Notes: generated from the letters alone by a model not told the origin. A DNA stretch of 64,000 bases from Octopus sinensis (GCF_006345805.1 NC_043001.1:124186001-124250000); one strand, 5' to 3'; positions 41,521 through 55,620 are shown, counted from the stretch's first letter. Translations and numbers: made by a program.

Positions 41521-41902
41521 TATTCATACGAATTTACCTCGATAAAAACTGAACTTTCAGAAATTAGTTTGTGTGAATTAGAATTATTTTCTCAATCTAA
41601 TATTAGTAATGTCTATGTAGGTCTATGTAGGTCTATCTATGTTATTTAGACCTGTTGAATATCTGTCTGTACATTTGCAAGAAATCTTTCTGTGTATTAT
41701 CTACATCTGAGAAAATCTGTATATAGTAATATTTACGGCGAATTAAAAGAATGTGCACATAAGCAGAAAGATGCGAGAATATAAAGAGTTAGAGAGAAAT
41801 TATTCTCAGTAATGTCTACATATTTGATCCCACGTCCACAAATACAACGCCTGCAGTAAATTACAAGTGGTAATAATGAATATCGGGATAACTACTAATT
41901 CA

Positions 41903-41943
41903 AATAATAATATTAATAATAATAATAATAATTAATAATAATA

Positions 41944-42008
<65 letters not shown>

Positions 42009-42076
42009 GTGATGATGATAATAATGATATAATAATAATAATAATAATAATAATGATAATAATAATGATAATAATA

Positions 42077-42107
<31 letters not shown>

Positions 42108-42109
42108 TG

Positions 42110-42140
<31 letters not shown>

Positions 42141-42228
42141 TGATGATGATGATAATAATAATAATAATAATAATAATGATAATAATAATAATAATGATGA
42201 TGATGATGTGATGATGATGATGATGATG

Positions 42229-42288
<60 letters not shown>
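41903..42288. repeat. (AAT/GAT)n microsatellite
   Basis: Direct reading. Confidence 0.97.
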
Positions 42289-42289
<1 letters not shown>

Positions 42290-42291
<2 letters not shown>

Positions 42292-42920
42292 CCTGTCCCC
42301 AGTAATCTTTGTATGTGCATGATGCCACTAACACCAAGGAAAGCAAAGGTTGGGTATGTATTCAAATGCCAGCAGCAAATGGTCAACCACTTGTTATTAA
42401 TGGATGACCTCAAACTTTATTGTAATGATGAATCCCAAGTCAGTTCGATCCTTGATACGGTTTGTACTTTCAGTGCTGATATCAGAATGGAGTTAGTACT
42501 GAAGAAGTGTGGTGCGTTAGTCTTGAAGAGAGTTAAAATCGAATGTATGGACGGGCTAACGATACCGTCGGGGGAGGTTATGAAGCAGATAGAAGAGACG
42601 GGCTATAAGTACTTGAGGGTATTGGAAATGGATAAATTGATGGAGAAGGAACTGACAGAAAAATTTAAGGTGGAGTACTTGCGCAGACTGAGACTGATCC
42701 TTAAGTTCAAATTAAATGGACGGAATATGATTGAAGCTATCAACACCTGGCGGTTTCACTGCTAAGATATGGAGCAGTGTTTATCACATGGACAGTAGAT
42801 GAACTAAACAGCTTAGACAGAAAAGACGATGAAGTTGCTGACTAGATATGGGATACTCCACCAAAAAAGTGACACAGAGAGACTGTATGTTCCAAGAAAA
42901 AGAGAGGGAAGAGGACATAG
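42290..42920 (+). mobile_element. R4/Dong-type LINE RT fragment
   Basis: VNHLLLMDDLKLY, LKKCG, YKYL, KLNGRNMIEAINTW, HQKSDTERLYVPRK; begins right after (AAT)n. Confidence 0.88.
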
Positions 42921-43083
42921 CATGTCTATGTATGTATGTATGTATTTTTTTCTCTAGTTTCAGCTCAGAGTTGCGGCCATGCTGATGCACCGCCGTTGTG
43001 TATGTATTATATATGTGTGTATTTATGTATGTGTGCGTGTCTGTAAGTCTGTATTGTCCCACATCACCTCCTGACAAAAGGCG

Positions 43084-43231
43084 TTGGTGTGTTTATATCA
43101 GTGCAACAAAAGGGACAAAAGAAGAAGTACTAGGCTTACAAAGAATAAGTAATGGGGTCGATTTGTTCGAGTAAAATCCTTCAAAGCAGTACTCCAGCGA
43201 AGTAGTAGTCAAATGACTAAACAAATAAAAG
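43084..43231 (+). mobile_element. SINE family B, diverged 3' fragment
   Basis: AAGTACTAGGCTTACAAAGAATAAG...GGGGTCGATTTG...GTCAAATGACT matches family B. Confidence 0.7.
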
Positions 43232-43397
43232 TATACATACATACATACATACATACATATGTATAAAATGTATGTGTGTAGACATAATACACACAGGTAG
43301 AAAATATATACACACGCATATATATTTAAATGTACATATATATATATATATATATATATAATGTATATATATACACTATACATACATATATATATAC

Positions 43398-43439
<42 letters not shown>

Positions 43440-43975
43440 CACTATATATACATATATATATATATATATTATATATATTATATGTGTGTGTGTGTGTGTG
43501 TGTGTGTTGCGCGCGTTTATGATATATACATAGACTTGTAATTAAGTGATTATAATAACGTTCATTGAATAGACTCTAAGTAAATATTCTCTCTTATATA
43601 CAGCATTGGTAATACTTTATTCTGTTAGATCTGTTCTCCGGATGACAGTAGCAATAATTTTATCAAATAATTTTAACAAAATACACATATATTATTCAAT
43701 ATGTATATTTGAAATCGATATCATATTACTTTGGTAACATTGATCCCGTGATCTGTACACTCGGGTAAGCATAGGCTTTCGTGTGCGGCTTATTTCAAGT
43801 AAAATAATAATAAGTTATATGCATGAATATATATATATGTATGTATGTATATATATAATATATATATATATATATTATATATATACACGCATGCATATGT
43901 TTCATATTTATATATATATATATATATACATATGTATACATATATACATAAATACATGCATACATACACACATAA

Positions 43976-44027
<52 letters not shown>

Positions 44028-45090
44028 TTATTTAGATGCATGTAGAAGGGCGGCCGCTGATATCTATAATGAGGATGCAAGGTAATAATCTACCTGTACA
44101 TTTATTGATTCGTCTATCTATAAATCTCGCTTTAATGTATTTCTCATTCATCAGTTTCTGTTTTCTAATCCCGGTATTTTCACTGCTTCCTTAATTATTT
44201 ATATATAGCCTTATCGATTTGCCGTATAATTAACGCACTACATCAGTAATATTATTAAACCGCTTAAAGTAGATATTCTTCAGCAGGCGATTTGCTTAAA
44301 GCTCTGCCGAGTTTTGTTAATTTTCAAATAAGTAATTTGCGGAAAGTATACTCTGAGTGATATGGTGAATAAACGATTGTCGTTGTCACCTGATTTTCCT
44401 CTTTAAATGTGATGGCATACAATCTTTATATATCATTACATATTTTTTCTTTTATTTCTTTTGTTTACTCATATGATTGCAGCTATAGAAGGGCATACAG
44501 TTTTGACTTTTTAGTCGAGTTAGTACCATTCAATCTGGCGGTCTCAAAATTACTAAAATGAGTGTTGCCTGGAAACAAACATACCTTAGATATACCACAG
44601 TCATTCACTCTTAAATTTAGGAAGGATTAAACAATAACATCAATAATTAAACTACAACAAAGAAATACATTTACCGTATGTACAACAGTATCGGTAAATA
44701 AATTCAATTAGTACACCTGTAATTAACTCGTAAATTCTATAACTAACTAGTAAGCAATATTTTTAATCCATATAGATAATATTCCTTCTAGCCTTCCATA
44801 GTTATTAATATGAAAGTGAAAGCCTTATGTATATACAAATGTAAACGCATAAATAAAATTATATATGCATTTATGCATATATAATACATATGCATATATA
44901 TACAACTGTATATGCATACATATAATATATATGTATATATTGTATATGTGTGTATATACATATATATATATACATACATAGATAATATACATACATATAT
45001 ACTACATATATACATGCATACATACATACATACATACATACATACATACATACATACATACATACATACATGCATGCATACATACATACA

Positions 45091-45124
<34 letters not shown>

Positions 45125-45133
45125 CATACATAA

Positions 45134-45400
45134 GCACAATAGACCTGATATAAAGATGTGAGATAGAGAAGAGAAATTATGTACGCGCTGAACTATTGAG
45201 AAATCTGCAGTTACTCTATCCTGATTACAAGTTCAGGTTTTGGCACCCTGGGATATGTAACACATTGCCTAAATACCAATCTTGAGAATTTAGGCTTCTC
45301 AAAACCAGAAAAGAGAAATCTAATTCGAATACTACATATCCAGCCCATCACTGGAGCTGTAAAAATCTGTAAAATTTTCCAGAAGTTAATCTTTTAAATG
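45134..45400 (+). mobile_element. RLE-type LINE 3' remnant
   Basis: HNRPDI, LLYPDYKF, GTLGYV, GAVKICKIF with internal deletions. Confidence 0.65.
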
Positions 45401-46253
45401 TAAAAGAGCATGAGAATAGATACATAAAAAAAAAAAAACTAATCTGCGCATATACATACATACATGTAAAAATACTCTTTTGTTGATGCTGAAATTCCAA
45501 TGAAGGATCTAGGTTAGCATCCGACTCTTTCTCTATTGGCAAGAAATCTTGAAATAATACTGAACAATCACACGCGTGCGCGCGCATATACACACACTGG
45601 AGTAACGGGTTTCTACAGTTTCCGACTTCCAAATTTATACACAAGATTTTGTTCTATCCGTGGGTACACGTAAAACCCTTGCCGCATATGCTGCACTATG
45701 AGTTATAACCTGTACCTTAGTCGTTGTAGAGTGAACGTATTCACCACAAGACTACACTTGCTTATGAATTTATATTACACAATTTGTCTTTCATTGCGAC
45801 CAGTTTGACATGGTTTAAACACTGCTTAGCGTACATCAAAGTTTAACGTAATTTGTTCATTGGTTTACCGCGTTCTTACACTGGTATCATGTCTTTCCAC
45901 TTAGTTATTTTTACTCATCTATTTGTTGGATAAGAAAGCCAATGCAACAGTAGTCTTAACTTGATTCCGTCTCCATAACTCATTATTTATGATAATTTTG
46001 ATCAACTCACAGGAAGCAACTGCCAGAGACTTAAAACCCGACCAGTCACTAGGCTCTCTATCGAAAACACGCCATGCAGTGTTTTATCTTACCGTTCATT
46101 TGATATATTAACAGCGCTGCGAAGCACAGTCACGCTCGCTAAATAGAATATATTCGTTTTCTCAATAAATGCGCAGCAACAAGCGACAATTTAGTAATAT
46201 TACAACTTATACTTGATGCAAAATTAGAAAATAGCACAGCTTATGTTGGTTAG

Positions 46254-46475
46254 ATGGCAGAAACGTTAGTGCGCCGGGCGAAATGTTTAGCGATATTTCG
46301 TTTGCCGTTACGTTCTGAGTTCAAATTCCGCCGAGGTCGACTTTGTCTTTCATCCTTTCGGGGTCGATAAATAAAGTACCAGTTACGTACTAGGGTCGAT
46401 GTAATCGACTTAATCCCTTTGTCTGTCCTTGTTTGTCCCCTCTATGTTTAGCCCCTTGAGGGCAATAAAGAAATA
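46254..46475 (+). mobile_element. SINE family D with TSD
   Basis: B box GAGTTCAAATTCC; core TTTCATCCTTTCGGGGTCGATAAA; 12-bp TSD TATGTTGGTTAG at 46242-46253 and 46476-46487. Confidence 0.88.
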
Positions 46476-46610
46476 TATGTTGGTTAGTTTTATATCACGG
46501 GTCGGAAGTATCTTGCCTTTCATGTAGACATCTTTAGCAATGTAGCTTTCTTTGTATTTGTTTCTTTATTATGTTGTAGCATTAGTATCTGTAGTGTTGG
46601 TACAATGGTT

Positions 46611-46670
<60 letters not shown>

Positions 46671-46827
46671 CGTAGTAGTAGTAGTAGTAGTAGTTAGTAG
46701 TTAGTGGTAGTAGTAGTAGTAGTAGTATAGTAGTAGTAGTAGTAGTAGTAGTAGTTAGTAGTTAGTAGTAGTAGTAGTAGTAGTAGTTAGTAGTAGTAAT
46801 AGTAGTAGTAGTAGTAGTAGTAGTAGT
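46611..46827. repeat. (AGC)n(AGT)n microsatellite
   Basis: Direct reading. Confidence 0.97.
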
Positions 46828-47160
46828 CGATGAGATTGCCTCTACGTGGTCACTTGACTTAGCTAGAAAAAGCAATCAGAATGCGTCACCGAGATCAACG
46901 AGTATAAAATCTTGTGGATTTACAATCCAGCGTAACACAGTCATTGATGCTTGGAGACCCAACATTGTTGCTGTGGATTAAAGGAAGAAGGAAACAAGCC
47001 GTACATCACGTTCTGGCATTTAGAACCTGTTCATACGCTATTCCTCAACGAAAGGCTGGAAGTATTAGCTGGAATATCATTGATCATAGATATACATGTT
47101 CTAATACCACTTTTTTCATAAAACGTTCCATATGAAAACAAAACAAATAATAATAGTCCT

Positions 47161-47367
47161 TTCTGTTATAGGCACAAAGCCTGAAATTTGTGGGGAGAGG
47201 TCAAGTCGATTACATCAACTCCAGTATTCCACTGGTACTTAATTTGTCGACCCCGAAAGGATGAAACGCAAAGTCGACCTCGGCGGAATATGAACTCAGA
47301 ACGTAATGACGGACGAAATGCCGCTAAGCATTTTGCTCAGCGTGCTAACGATTTTATCAGCTCGCCT
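47161..47367 (-). mobile_element. SINE family D
   Basis: Homologous to 12664-12876. Confidence 0.82.
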
Positions 47368-47375
47368 CTTTAGAA

Positions 47376-47406
<31 letters not shown>

Positions 47407-47414
47407 TGATGACA

Positions 47415-47935
47415 AAATATTGTGAGAGAGTCTAGCGAACTAGCCCAAAATGAATACAAAAGGCATGCTGACATAGCTACATATGCTCCCCGGAGATTGT
47501 ATGAGAAATGTACTCTTGAAAGGACACAGCAATGGTACGTGTAAAAGCCAGAAGGCTTCACCGAGAATAATGAGTATAAAATCTTGTGGGATTTTACAGT
47601 CCAGTGTGATTCAGTTCTTCATGCTTAGGGACTAGACATTGTTGCAGTGAATAAAAGGGAGAAAGAATCCAAAACTGCAGCCATAACTGGGGATGCAGGA
47701 GTGGGTGACAAAGAGCTGGAAAAGACTGAAAAATGCAAGCTACTAAAAGACGAAATTGCTCGAATGTGGGCAAAGAGAGTAACTGTCATACTAGTAGTTG
47801 TAAGAGTACTGGGAGCACCAACACCCAGGTTTGAGAAATATGTCGGAGAAATTGGAATTGATATGGGGATAGAACATGCTCAGTAAGTTACTCTATTTTC
47901 GACAGCGGAGAAAATGAGGTTGGTACTTGGGTATT
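47415..47935 (+). mobile_element. R4/Dong-type LINE C-terminal (restriction-like endonuclease) fragment
   Basis: EYKRH, ENNEYKILWDFTVQCD, LDIVAV, EKTEKC...EIARMW, VVVRVLGA; a shorter related piece at 46886-46985. Confidence 0.8.
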
Positions 47936-48106
47936 ATGTATAGAGGAATGAGACCCTATGAGACCTTTGACAAGTTGCAGTCCGCTCTTACAGAATTAAC
48001 AAGAGCTCTGGGAAATAAAACGGAAAGGACATCACAAGAAGACAGCAATTTGCGTGTTTATTTACATGATTGATGAGGAGAAAGAATTGGAGAAGACAGT
48101 GTTATG

Positions 48107-49460
48107 CAAAAAGTTTTTCGAAAATTTTCCTCCAGATTTTTTTTAATTTTTTGAAAATTTTCCGCAAAAGTTTTTGAAAAACTTTTCGTAAATTTTCCAC
48201 AAAAATTCTTGAAAAATATTTTGCAAATTTTCCCCAAAATTTTTGAAAAGTTTTTCGAATATTTTCCCCCAAAAATTTTTTGAAAATTTTTCCGCAAAAC
48301 TTTTTGAAATGTTTTTCGAAAATTTTCGTTAAAAATTTTTGAAAAGTTTTCCAAAAATTTTTCCCAAACTTTTAGAAAAATTTTTCGAAAATTCTTCCCA
48401 AACTTTCAGAAAAATTTTTTGAAAGTTTTCCCCAAAAATTTTTCCCAAAGTTTTTGAAAAATGTTTGGAAAATTTTCCCCAAAAATTTTTGGAAAATTTT
48501 TCTGAAATTTTTAAAAAGTTTTTCGAAAATTTTGCCCAAAAGTTTTTGAAAATTTTCCCCCAAAAATTTTTAAAAACTCTTTTGAAAATTTTCAACAAAA
48601 ATTTTTGAAATATTTTTTGAAAATTTTCCTCAAATATTTTTGAAAAAATTTTTGGAAAATTTTGCCCAAAAATTTTTGAAAAGTTTTTCGAAAATTTTGA
48701 CCAAAAAGATTTGAAAAGTTTTTTCGATAATTTTCTCCAAAATTTTAAGAAAAATTTTTTGAAAATTTTCCGCAAAAATTTTTGAAAAACTATTTGAAAA
48801 TTTTCTCCTAAAGCTTTTGAAAAGTTTTTTCGAAAATTTTCTCCAAAATTTTAGAAAAATTTTTGGAAAATTTTCGCCAAAAATTTTTTTTTAATTTTTC
48901 GAAAATTTTGCCCAAAAAGATTTGAAAAGTTTTTTCGAGAATTTTCTCCAAAATTTTAAGAAAATTTTTTGAAAATTTTTCGCAAAAATTTTTGAAAAAC
49001 TATTTGAAAATTTTCCTCAAAAGTTTTTGAAATGTTTTTTCGAAAATTTTCTCCAAAATTTTAGAAAAATTTTTGGAAAATTTTCGCCAAAAATTTTTTT
49101 TTAATTTTTCGAAAATTTTGCCCTAAAAGATTTGAAAAGTTTTTTTTCGAAAATTTTCTCCAAAATTTTAAGAAAATTTTTGAAAATTTTCTCCAAAATT
49201 TTAAGAAAATTTTTTGAAAATTTTCCTCAAAAATTTTTGAAAAGTTTTTCGAAAATTTTGCCCAAAAGTTTTTGAAAAGTTTTTTCGAAAATTTTAACCA
49301 AAATTTTAGAAAAATTTTTGGGAAATTTTCCGCAAAAATTTTTGAAAAATTATTCGAAAATTTGCCCCAAAATTCTTGAAAGAAATTTTCGTCAAAACTT
49401 TTCAAAACATGTTTGGAAAATATTCCCCCTAAAAATTTTTGAAAAGTTTTTCGAAAATGT
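48107..49460. repeat. A/T-tract satellite, ~35-bp monomer with 210-bp higher-order repeat
   Basis: Monomer ~GAAAATTTTCCNCAAAAATTTTTGAAAAGTTTTTC; landmark AAAAGATTTGAAAAG with G at 48708, 48919, 49129. Confidence 0.92.
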
Positions 49461-49960
49461 AAAATGTTTTGTCTTTTCTTAAACACGCGATATAGTGTTC
49501 AAATTTAGGATGTTTTTGAAAGACACTATATTTTGTAATCATAGTATATATACTTTCTCACACAACTACAATATATTTATTTTAAATCATTTATTTATTT
49601 TAAATCTTTCATCTCTCTCTCACACACATTACTGTGGGTGCGAAAGAATTTTGCTTTTATTTTATGCCGAGTAAAAATGTGTTTTGTTAACAATCCATTT
49701 ATTTAACAACAAAGAAACAAAGAGGTGAGTAGCAATTTGTTAGTGAATTGCACAATATAAATGGGTACAATTTCCGAGGCTTCCTCCACACCCACTCCGT
49801 TTCAGGGACCACAAATTTAACAACATTTTTCCATTCATTTCTGTTTATGAACATGTATGCATGCACAAAACATGCAATAGGTGTACGTACGTACATATGT
49901 GTTCGTGTCTGTTGCCCATATATATTTATATTATATTATATATATATAATATATATAATA

Positions 49961-50028
49961 TACTCTTTACTCTTTTACTCTTTTACTTGTTTCAGCCATT
50001 TGACTGTGGCCATGCTGGAGCACCACCT
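49961..50028 (-). mobile_element. SINE family B tail fragment
   Basis: (TACTCTTT)n tail plus TTTCAGCCATTTGACTGTGGCCATGCTGGAGCACC. Confidence 0.8.
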
Positions 50029-50337
50029 TATATATATAACATAACCAATTTCAACGGATTTGCCCAAATTTCACGTCGATATTACTTAGTTTAGTTTGAA
50101 ATAAAGAACTTGATTAGCTTAATAATCGTAACTTAATCCCGGCAAGGTCGGGTTATACTGTTATATATATATATCTGTATATATATATATATATTATATA
50201 TATTATATATATTATATATATTATATATATATATATTATATATATATCAATATATATATATATATATAATATATATATATATAATATATATATATATATA
50301 TCAATATTATATATATATATTATATATATCAATATAT

Positions 50338-50373
<36 letters not shown>

Positions 50374-50437
50374 CTTTTTGCGTAATAAGATAAAAAACCA
50401 AGGTTGTATGGATATTAGAGAATTTATAGATAGAAGG

Positions 50438-50487
50438 TCTTACAGCTGTTTCTAGGATACTACTTAATAATATCCCTTCATCGGAGA
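50438..50487 (-). ncRNA. Decayed hammerhead motif in a (TA)n-flanked insert (~50372-50632)
   Basis: TCT-CCGATGA-AG-GGATA...TATCC-TA-GAAA-CAGCTG-TA-AGA. Confidence 0.5.
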
Positions 50488-50628
50488 TAGTGTGAGAGGA
50501 AAATTAAGTCATAGGAACCAACGTTAAACCCTTTATTTGCAATATTACCGAATCTGGAACTTAACTATGGTCTGTCTATATCACTTATTCAGCATTATTG
50601 ACATCTTTGGGTCTCAATGACACCATTA

Positions 50629-50678
<50 letters not shown>

Positions 50679-52799
50679 CTTATTTATGAACGTGCTGATC
50701 TATGCATCTGCACGTATACACACACAGACAGATAGACAGACAGACACACACACACACACATATGTGCATATTTACGTAACAGTGACGAAACATACAGCAG
50801 TAGTGCACTGAAAATAAGAATTTGTTATATATGCATTTATGCTTGAAATAAATAGAATCGACACCATATTAGAGCCTTCGTTTGATATTATACTTCCACG
50901 GGATAGGCAAATCAAATAGAAACCTGGGCTTCGAGTGATATCCCTGATTTCTAATGTATATGTGTATGTGTGTATATATATATATGTGTGTGTGGTGTTG
51001 TGTGTGTGTGTGCGCACGTCTGCATGCGTGTTTGTGTGTGTGTGTGATTTCAAACGCCATACCACAAAATATTCAAATGGTTTAAGATTTGTGATCATAT
51101 TGGCCGTTAAATATATATATTTGTATGCTTAAAACATGCTTAGTCATGCTGTAGAATAATGATGGAGTTATAACTTCAAATAGATTTTCTTCTTGTTTTT
51201 TTTTTGTTTTTTGTTTTTTTGCCAATCAGTTTGACTGACAACGAAATAACCAGTTTCCGGTTGGTCATCAAACTGACGTTCATCTCTCACGTGAAGTGCT
51301 GAATGTAAAACACATGAAATAAACAGACCAACGCGCAGTTGCTGGTGGGGGCTTTAAAGATAGAGATACATACTCAAATAAACGCAGATGCGCAAACACA
51401 CGCAGTCACACACATCCACACAAAACTCACACACACAAACACGCATATACATACGCACACACACACGCACCCATACAAGTGCGCATCTGCCGATGCATAC
51501 ACATCTATATGTATAGATATGTGTATATCTCTCGCTGTTTCTCTCTCTATCTCTTTGCTTCTCTGTCAGTCTGATTGTCTGTCTGTCTGTCTCTTCTGTT
51601 TTTCTCTCTCTCTCTCTATGTATATATACACACACACGCATACACATGAATATATTTATTTATATATTTTATACAAGTATATGTGTCTATATATACATAT
51701 AGACACATATATATATACACACCGCATATGTCAGTGTATGTATATATGCACTTACTTATGTTTGTGTGTATAAATATTTAGGTGTGTGTGTGACTTTCTG
51801 TGTGTGCGTATGTATATATGTGTGTATATGTGTATCTGTGTGTGTGTAAGTGTGCATATGTGTATCTGTGTGTGTGTAAGTGTGCATGTGTGTGTATGTG
51901 CGAGTATATAAGTATGTGTTTTCATTTGTACTTTTGTACTTGTGCTGTCAGTTTAAACCTGACCTATGTTGGCATTATGGACCATAAATGCCATTTTTAT
52001 TTGTCAATTTCATCATTTTTGATCTGGTTTAAGTTGTTGTACATAAAACCTGCTATTCTCTTTAATAAACTCTTTCTTCGTCGTCTATTCTCCTCGTTGC
52101 TTGCCATTCCATCATATTACATTGTATTTACAAACTACTATTCTTTTGTCAATACGCAACCACTTACATACACATGCAGCCACATGTACAAACGCGTATA
52201 CGAATATTTTAAAAGAGAAAGGCAGAAGACCCTCATAAATATCTGAACACACAGACACTATATCAGTCACTGGCAACTTACTTAATGGCACGCCTAACGA
52301 CAAGTTAATTTAAGATATTTTAGTAGTGCAGCCTGCCTGACGATGGGTCCTATCTCCTGAGGCCCGCTTCTCGAAAGAAGTTGCCAATGTTTCCATTATA
52401 TGTTGCTGAAACAGAATCTAGACTGAGCAACCGATTCAAGTGCTTTCCTATGTGAATATATGACAGTCACATTTCAACATACGAAGCTGTAGTATTAACA
52501 CCAGGGTACCTGACACTACAGGAAACAACGAAAAAAATCTTCTTATTCATCCTTGGCTTCCTTCTCCCTCAGTGCTAAAAGACAACTCCTTTTTTCCCCA
52601 TCCTACATGTATATATGTAAGTGTATTATGTAGATTACTTATATGGATGCATATATTTTTGCTTTTTAAATCTTTATCAGCCATTTAATTTGGCCTATAT
52701 CTATATTTGTTTCAGGGTATATATGGGTGGCCTTACGTATGTGCGAACGTTTGAGAATGCATACGTGTAAAAGTGAGAGGGAAAATGGATACACACTCA

Positions 52800-52841
<42 letters not shown>

Positions 52842-52886
52842 ACACACACACCACACACACACACAAACACACACACACACACACAT

Positions 52887-52921
<35 letters not shown>

Positions 52922-53207
52922 ATAATTTATATATATATATTATATATATATATATATTTATAAATATATATACATATACATGTATGCATATATACACGCA
53001 TGAATGTATCTATATTGCTGACGTCATGAGAATTTAGAAACGTCGAGAACGTAAATTCATTATGTCCTTAGGCATGGTGGCACTCGATCAAAATAAATTA
53101 GTAAATAATAGCCCGGATTATTCCGTTAGCCTTCTATCCAAATGAATTTTAAAGCAATATTTATACACTTCGAGAGCCATCCTTCCAACAAAAGAATTTT
53201 CTATGAA

Positions 53208-53249
<42 letters not shown>

Positions 53250-53250
53250 A

Positions 53251-54147
53251 TACGAGGGGTAACCAAAAAGAAACCGGTATTTTGCGATGTTATTTTATTC
53301 ACTTAGTTTTACATGTTTACACTGTTATCACTTTCAAAGTATCCTCCATTTCAAACAATGCATCGGACCGGATGCGTTTCCCACTGTGCGAAACAGTGCT
53401 GGAAACCTGCGATGTGATACCTTTTAACGCCTCTGTCACTTTTTTCTTCACCACTTCCTCATCTGCAAATTCCGTAGCACCAGCTTTCATCCCAAGTGAC
53501 GACCTTCGAAAAAAGGACCGGACGAACTCCCAACTGTTCGTTCAGTTGACGACACGCATTAAGTTTTGACTGCTTTTGATCTTCCGTGAGTAAATGAAAC
53601 AGAAATTTTGCTGCAGCTCTTTTCATTGACAATTCCTCGCCCGAAATTCGTTGGCAGGAGCTCTAGAACACTGCAGTCATATCAACAAATTTATCAATTG
53701 TTCAGCGATGGTCCTCCGAGATCAGTTCATGGATTCTCATTATGTTTTCATTCATTCGGGGCGGGGTCGACGGTCGCTCTGAAGGTAGTTGGTCTTCAAG
53801 CGACAACTGACCATTCCTAAAGCGTGAAAATGCTCGTAAACTTGTGTTTTGCTTTCTGAGCTGCTTGAGGCATGACAACCGATTTGACCGCCATTTTCTC
53901 CATCAGTAAACTGAATTTCACGGAAGCACGCTGTTCCTTCCTTTCAGCCATCGCAAATATCGACGAACAGGGAAGAAGCACAGCAAAACAGAGACGCACC
54001 ACGTGCCAATACCACATGATACGACGACGCCGGTCGGCAGACTGATGCCTAACCGTTGCATAAAGAGGATTCTAGCGGCAGAGCCCGGGTTACAACTAGC
54101 TTGTCTTACTTAAAAGGTGTCCGGTTAATTTAGGGTAACCCCTCTTA
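53251..54147 (-). mobile_element. Internally deleted mariner
   Basis: TIRs TACGAGGGGTAACC...AACCGG and CCGGTT...GGTAACCCCTCTTA; N-terminus MAERKEQRASVKF. Confidence 0.85.
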
Positions 54148-54151
54148 TATA

Positions 54152-54586
54152 TACTCTTTACTCTTACTCTTTTACTTGCTTTAGACATTTGACTGCAGCC
54201 ATGCTGGAGCACCGCCTTTAATCGAGCAACTCGACCCCGGGACTTATTCTTTTGTAAGCCCAGTACTTATTATATCGGTCTCTTTTGCCGAACCGCTAGG
54301 TAACGGGGACGTAAACACACCAGCATCGGTTGTCAAGCAATGCTAGGGGGACAAACACAGAAACACAAACACATGCACACACATAAACATATATATATAT
54401 ATATATTATATATATATATATATACATATATATACGACAGGCTTCTTTCAGTTTCCGTCTACCAAATCCACTCACAAAGCATTGGTCGGCCCGAGGCTAT
54501 AGCAGAAGACACTTGCTCAAGATGCCACGCAGTGGGACTGAACCCGGAACCATGTGATTGGTAAACAAGCTACTTACCACGCAGCC
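54152..54586 (-). mobile_element. SINE family B (tRNA head, internal microsatellite)
   Basis: Homologous to 57698-58117 over almost the full length. Confidence 0.9.
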
Positions 54587-54947
54587 TTGCCACCCCCGTG
54601 TGGTGTTGTATCATGACTCGGGCAAACACAGCGAAGTACTTTCATGGTATTAAATGCCTGGGCACCAACACGCCGGTATTGCACTGATACCTCCCCTCAT
54701 GGCTGATGAGTGGTGTCCCACATATAGTAGAGATATTTAATGTTTTAACAGAATATCAAACATTTGTCAAATCTAAAAAGGAAGCTAATTGTTTCAATTT
54801 GTTTCAGCCAAAGAAATAATAGTTATAAAGGGGTGTATGAAAGCGCAAAAATACAACAGTGTTTTATGTTAACAAATAAATATTTGTTAAAATTTGATCT
54901 CCTTCCGGTATAGCTATAGATTTATAGCCAGTAAATTATATATTATT

Positions 54948-55269
54948 GAATGCACGTGGCTTAGTGGTTAAGGGCATTCGGCTCATGATCATAATATCGT
55001 GAGTTCAATTCCCGGGGGCGCGTTGTGTCCTTCACCAGGACACTTTATTTCACGTTGCTCCAGTCAACTCAGCCGGCAAAAATGTGTAGTACCTGTATTT
55101 CAAAGAGCTAGACATGTCACACACTGTCACGCCGAATCTCCCCGAGAACAACGTTAAGGGTACACGTGTTTGTGGAGTGCTCAGCCAATTGAAAATTAAA
55201 TTCACGAGCAAGCTGTTCAGTTGATCGTATCAGCTGGGACCCTCGTCATCGCAACCGACGGAGTGCTTC
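54948..55269 (+). mobile_element. Mosaic SINE (family C-like head/core, family A tail)
   Basis: CACTTTATTTCACGTTGCTCCAG shared with 55724-56063; from GTACCTGTATTTCAAAG onward shared with 1026-1410. Confidence 0.82.
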
Positions 55270-55429
55270 TTTTATAAATAAGATAGAAAAACTGTCCAAT
55301 AAGCACTCAGTACAACCAGGATTTAGAAAAAGTTTCAACTACCTGTGAAAAACTCCTTAGGAAACGTTGAGCGAGTGCAAAATATTTCTATTCAAAGCTT
55401 TTAGCGTTTTAGAAATATTATATTTCATA

Positions 55430-55620
55430 AGGCAAATGAACTGGCAGAATCGTTAGTACGCCGGACAAAATACTGAGCGCGATTTTTCGGTTTTACGTTC
55501 TGATATCATATGCCGTCGAAGTCGATAACATGAGAATCAGTTGGACTGTCGGTTCGATGAATTCGATCAGCTGCCTCCCACCAAATTTCATGCATTATGC
55601 TTATTGTAGAAAAGATTATT
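55430..55620 (+). mobile_element. SINE family D, strongly decayed
   Basis: CTGGCAGAATCGTTAGTACGCCGG...TTACGTTCTGA matches the family D head. Confidence 0.6.

Noticed and set aside
48058-49486. F/K/S/N-rich repetitive ORFs, or a CRISPR-like array
   Set aside because: Low-complexity satellite with no unique spacers; several frames open by composition; eukaryotic context
50030-50160. Fifth Helitron (CCCGGCAAGGTCGGG hairpin)
   Set aside because: No CTAG terminus or TC start; only the hairpin resembles the family
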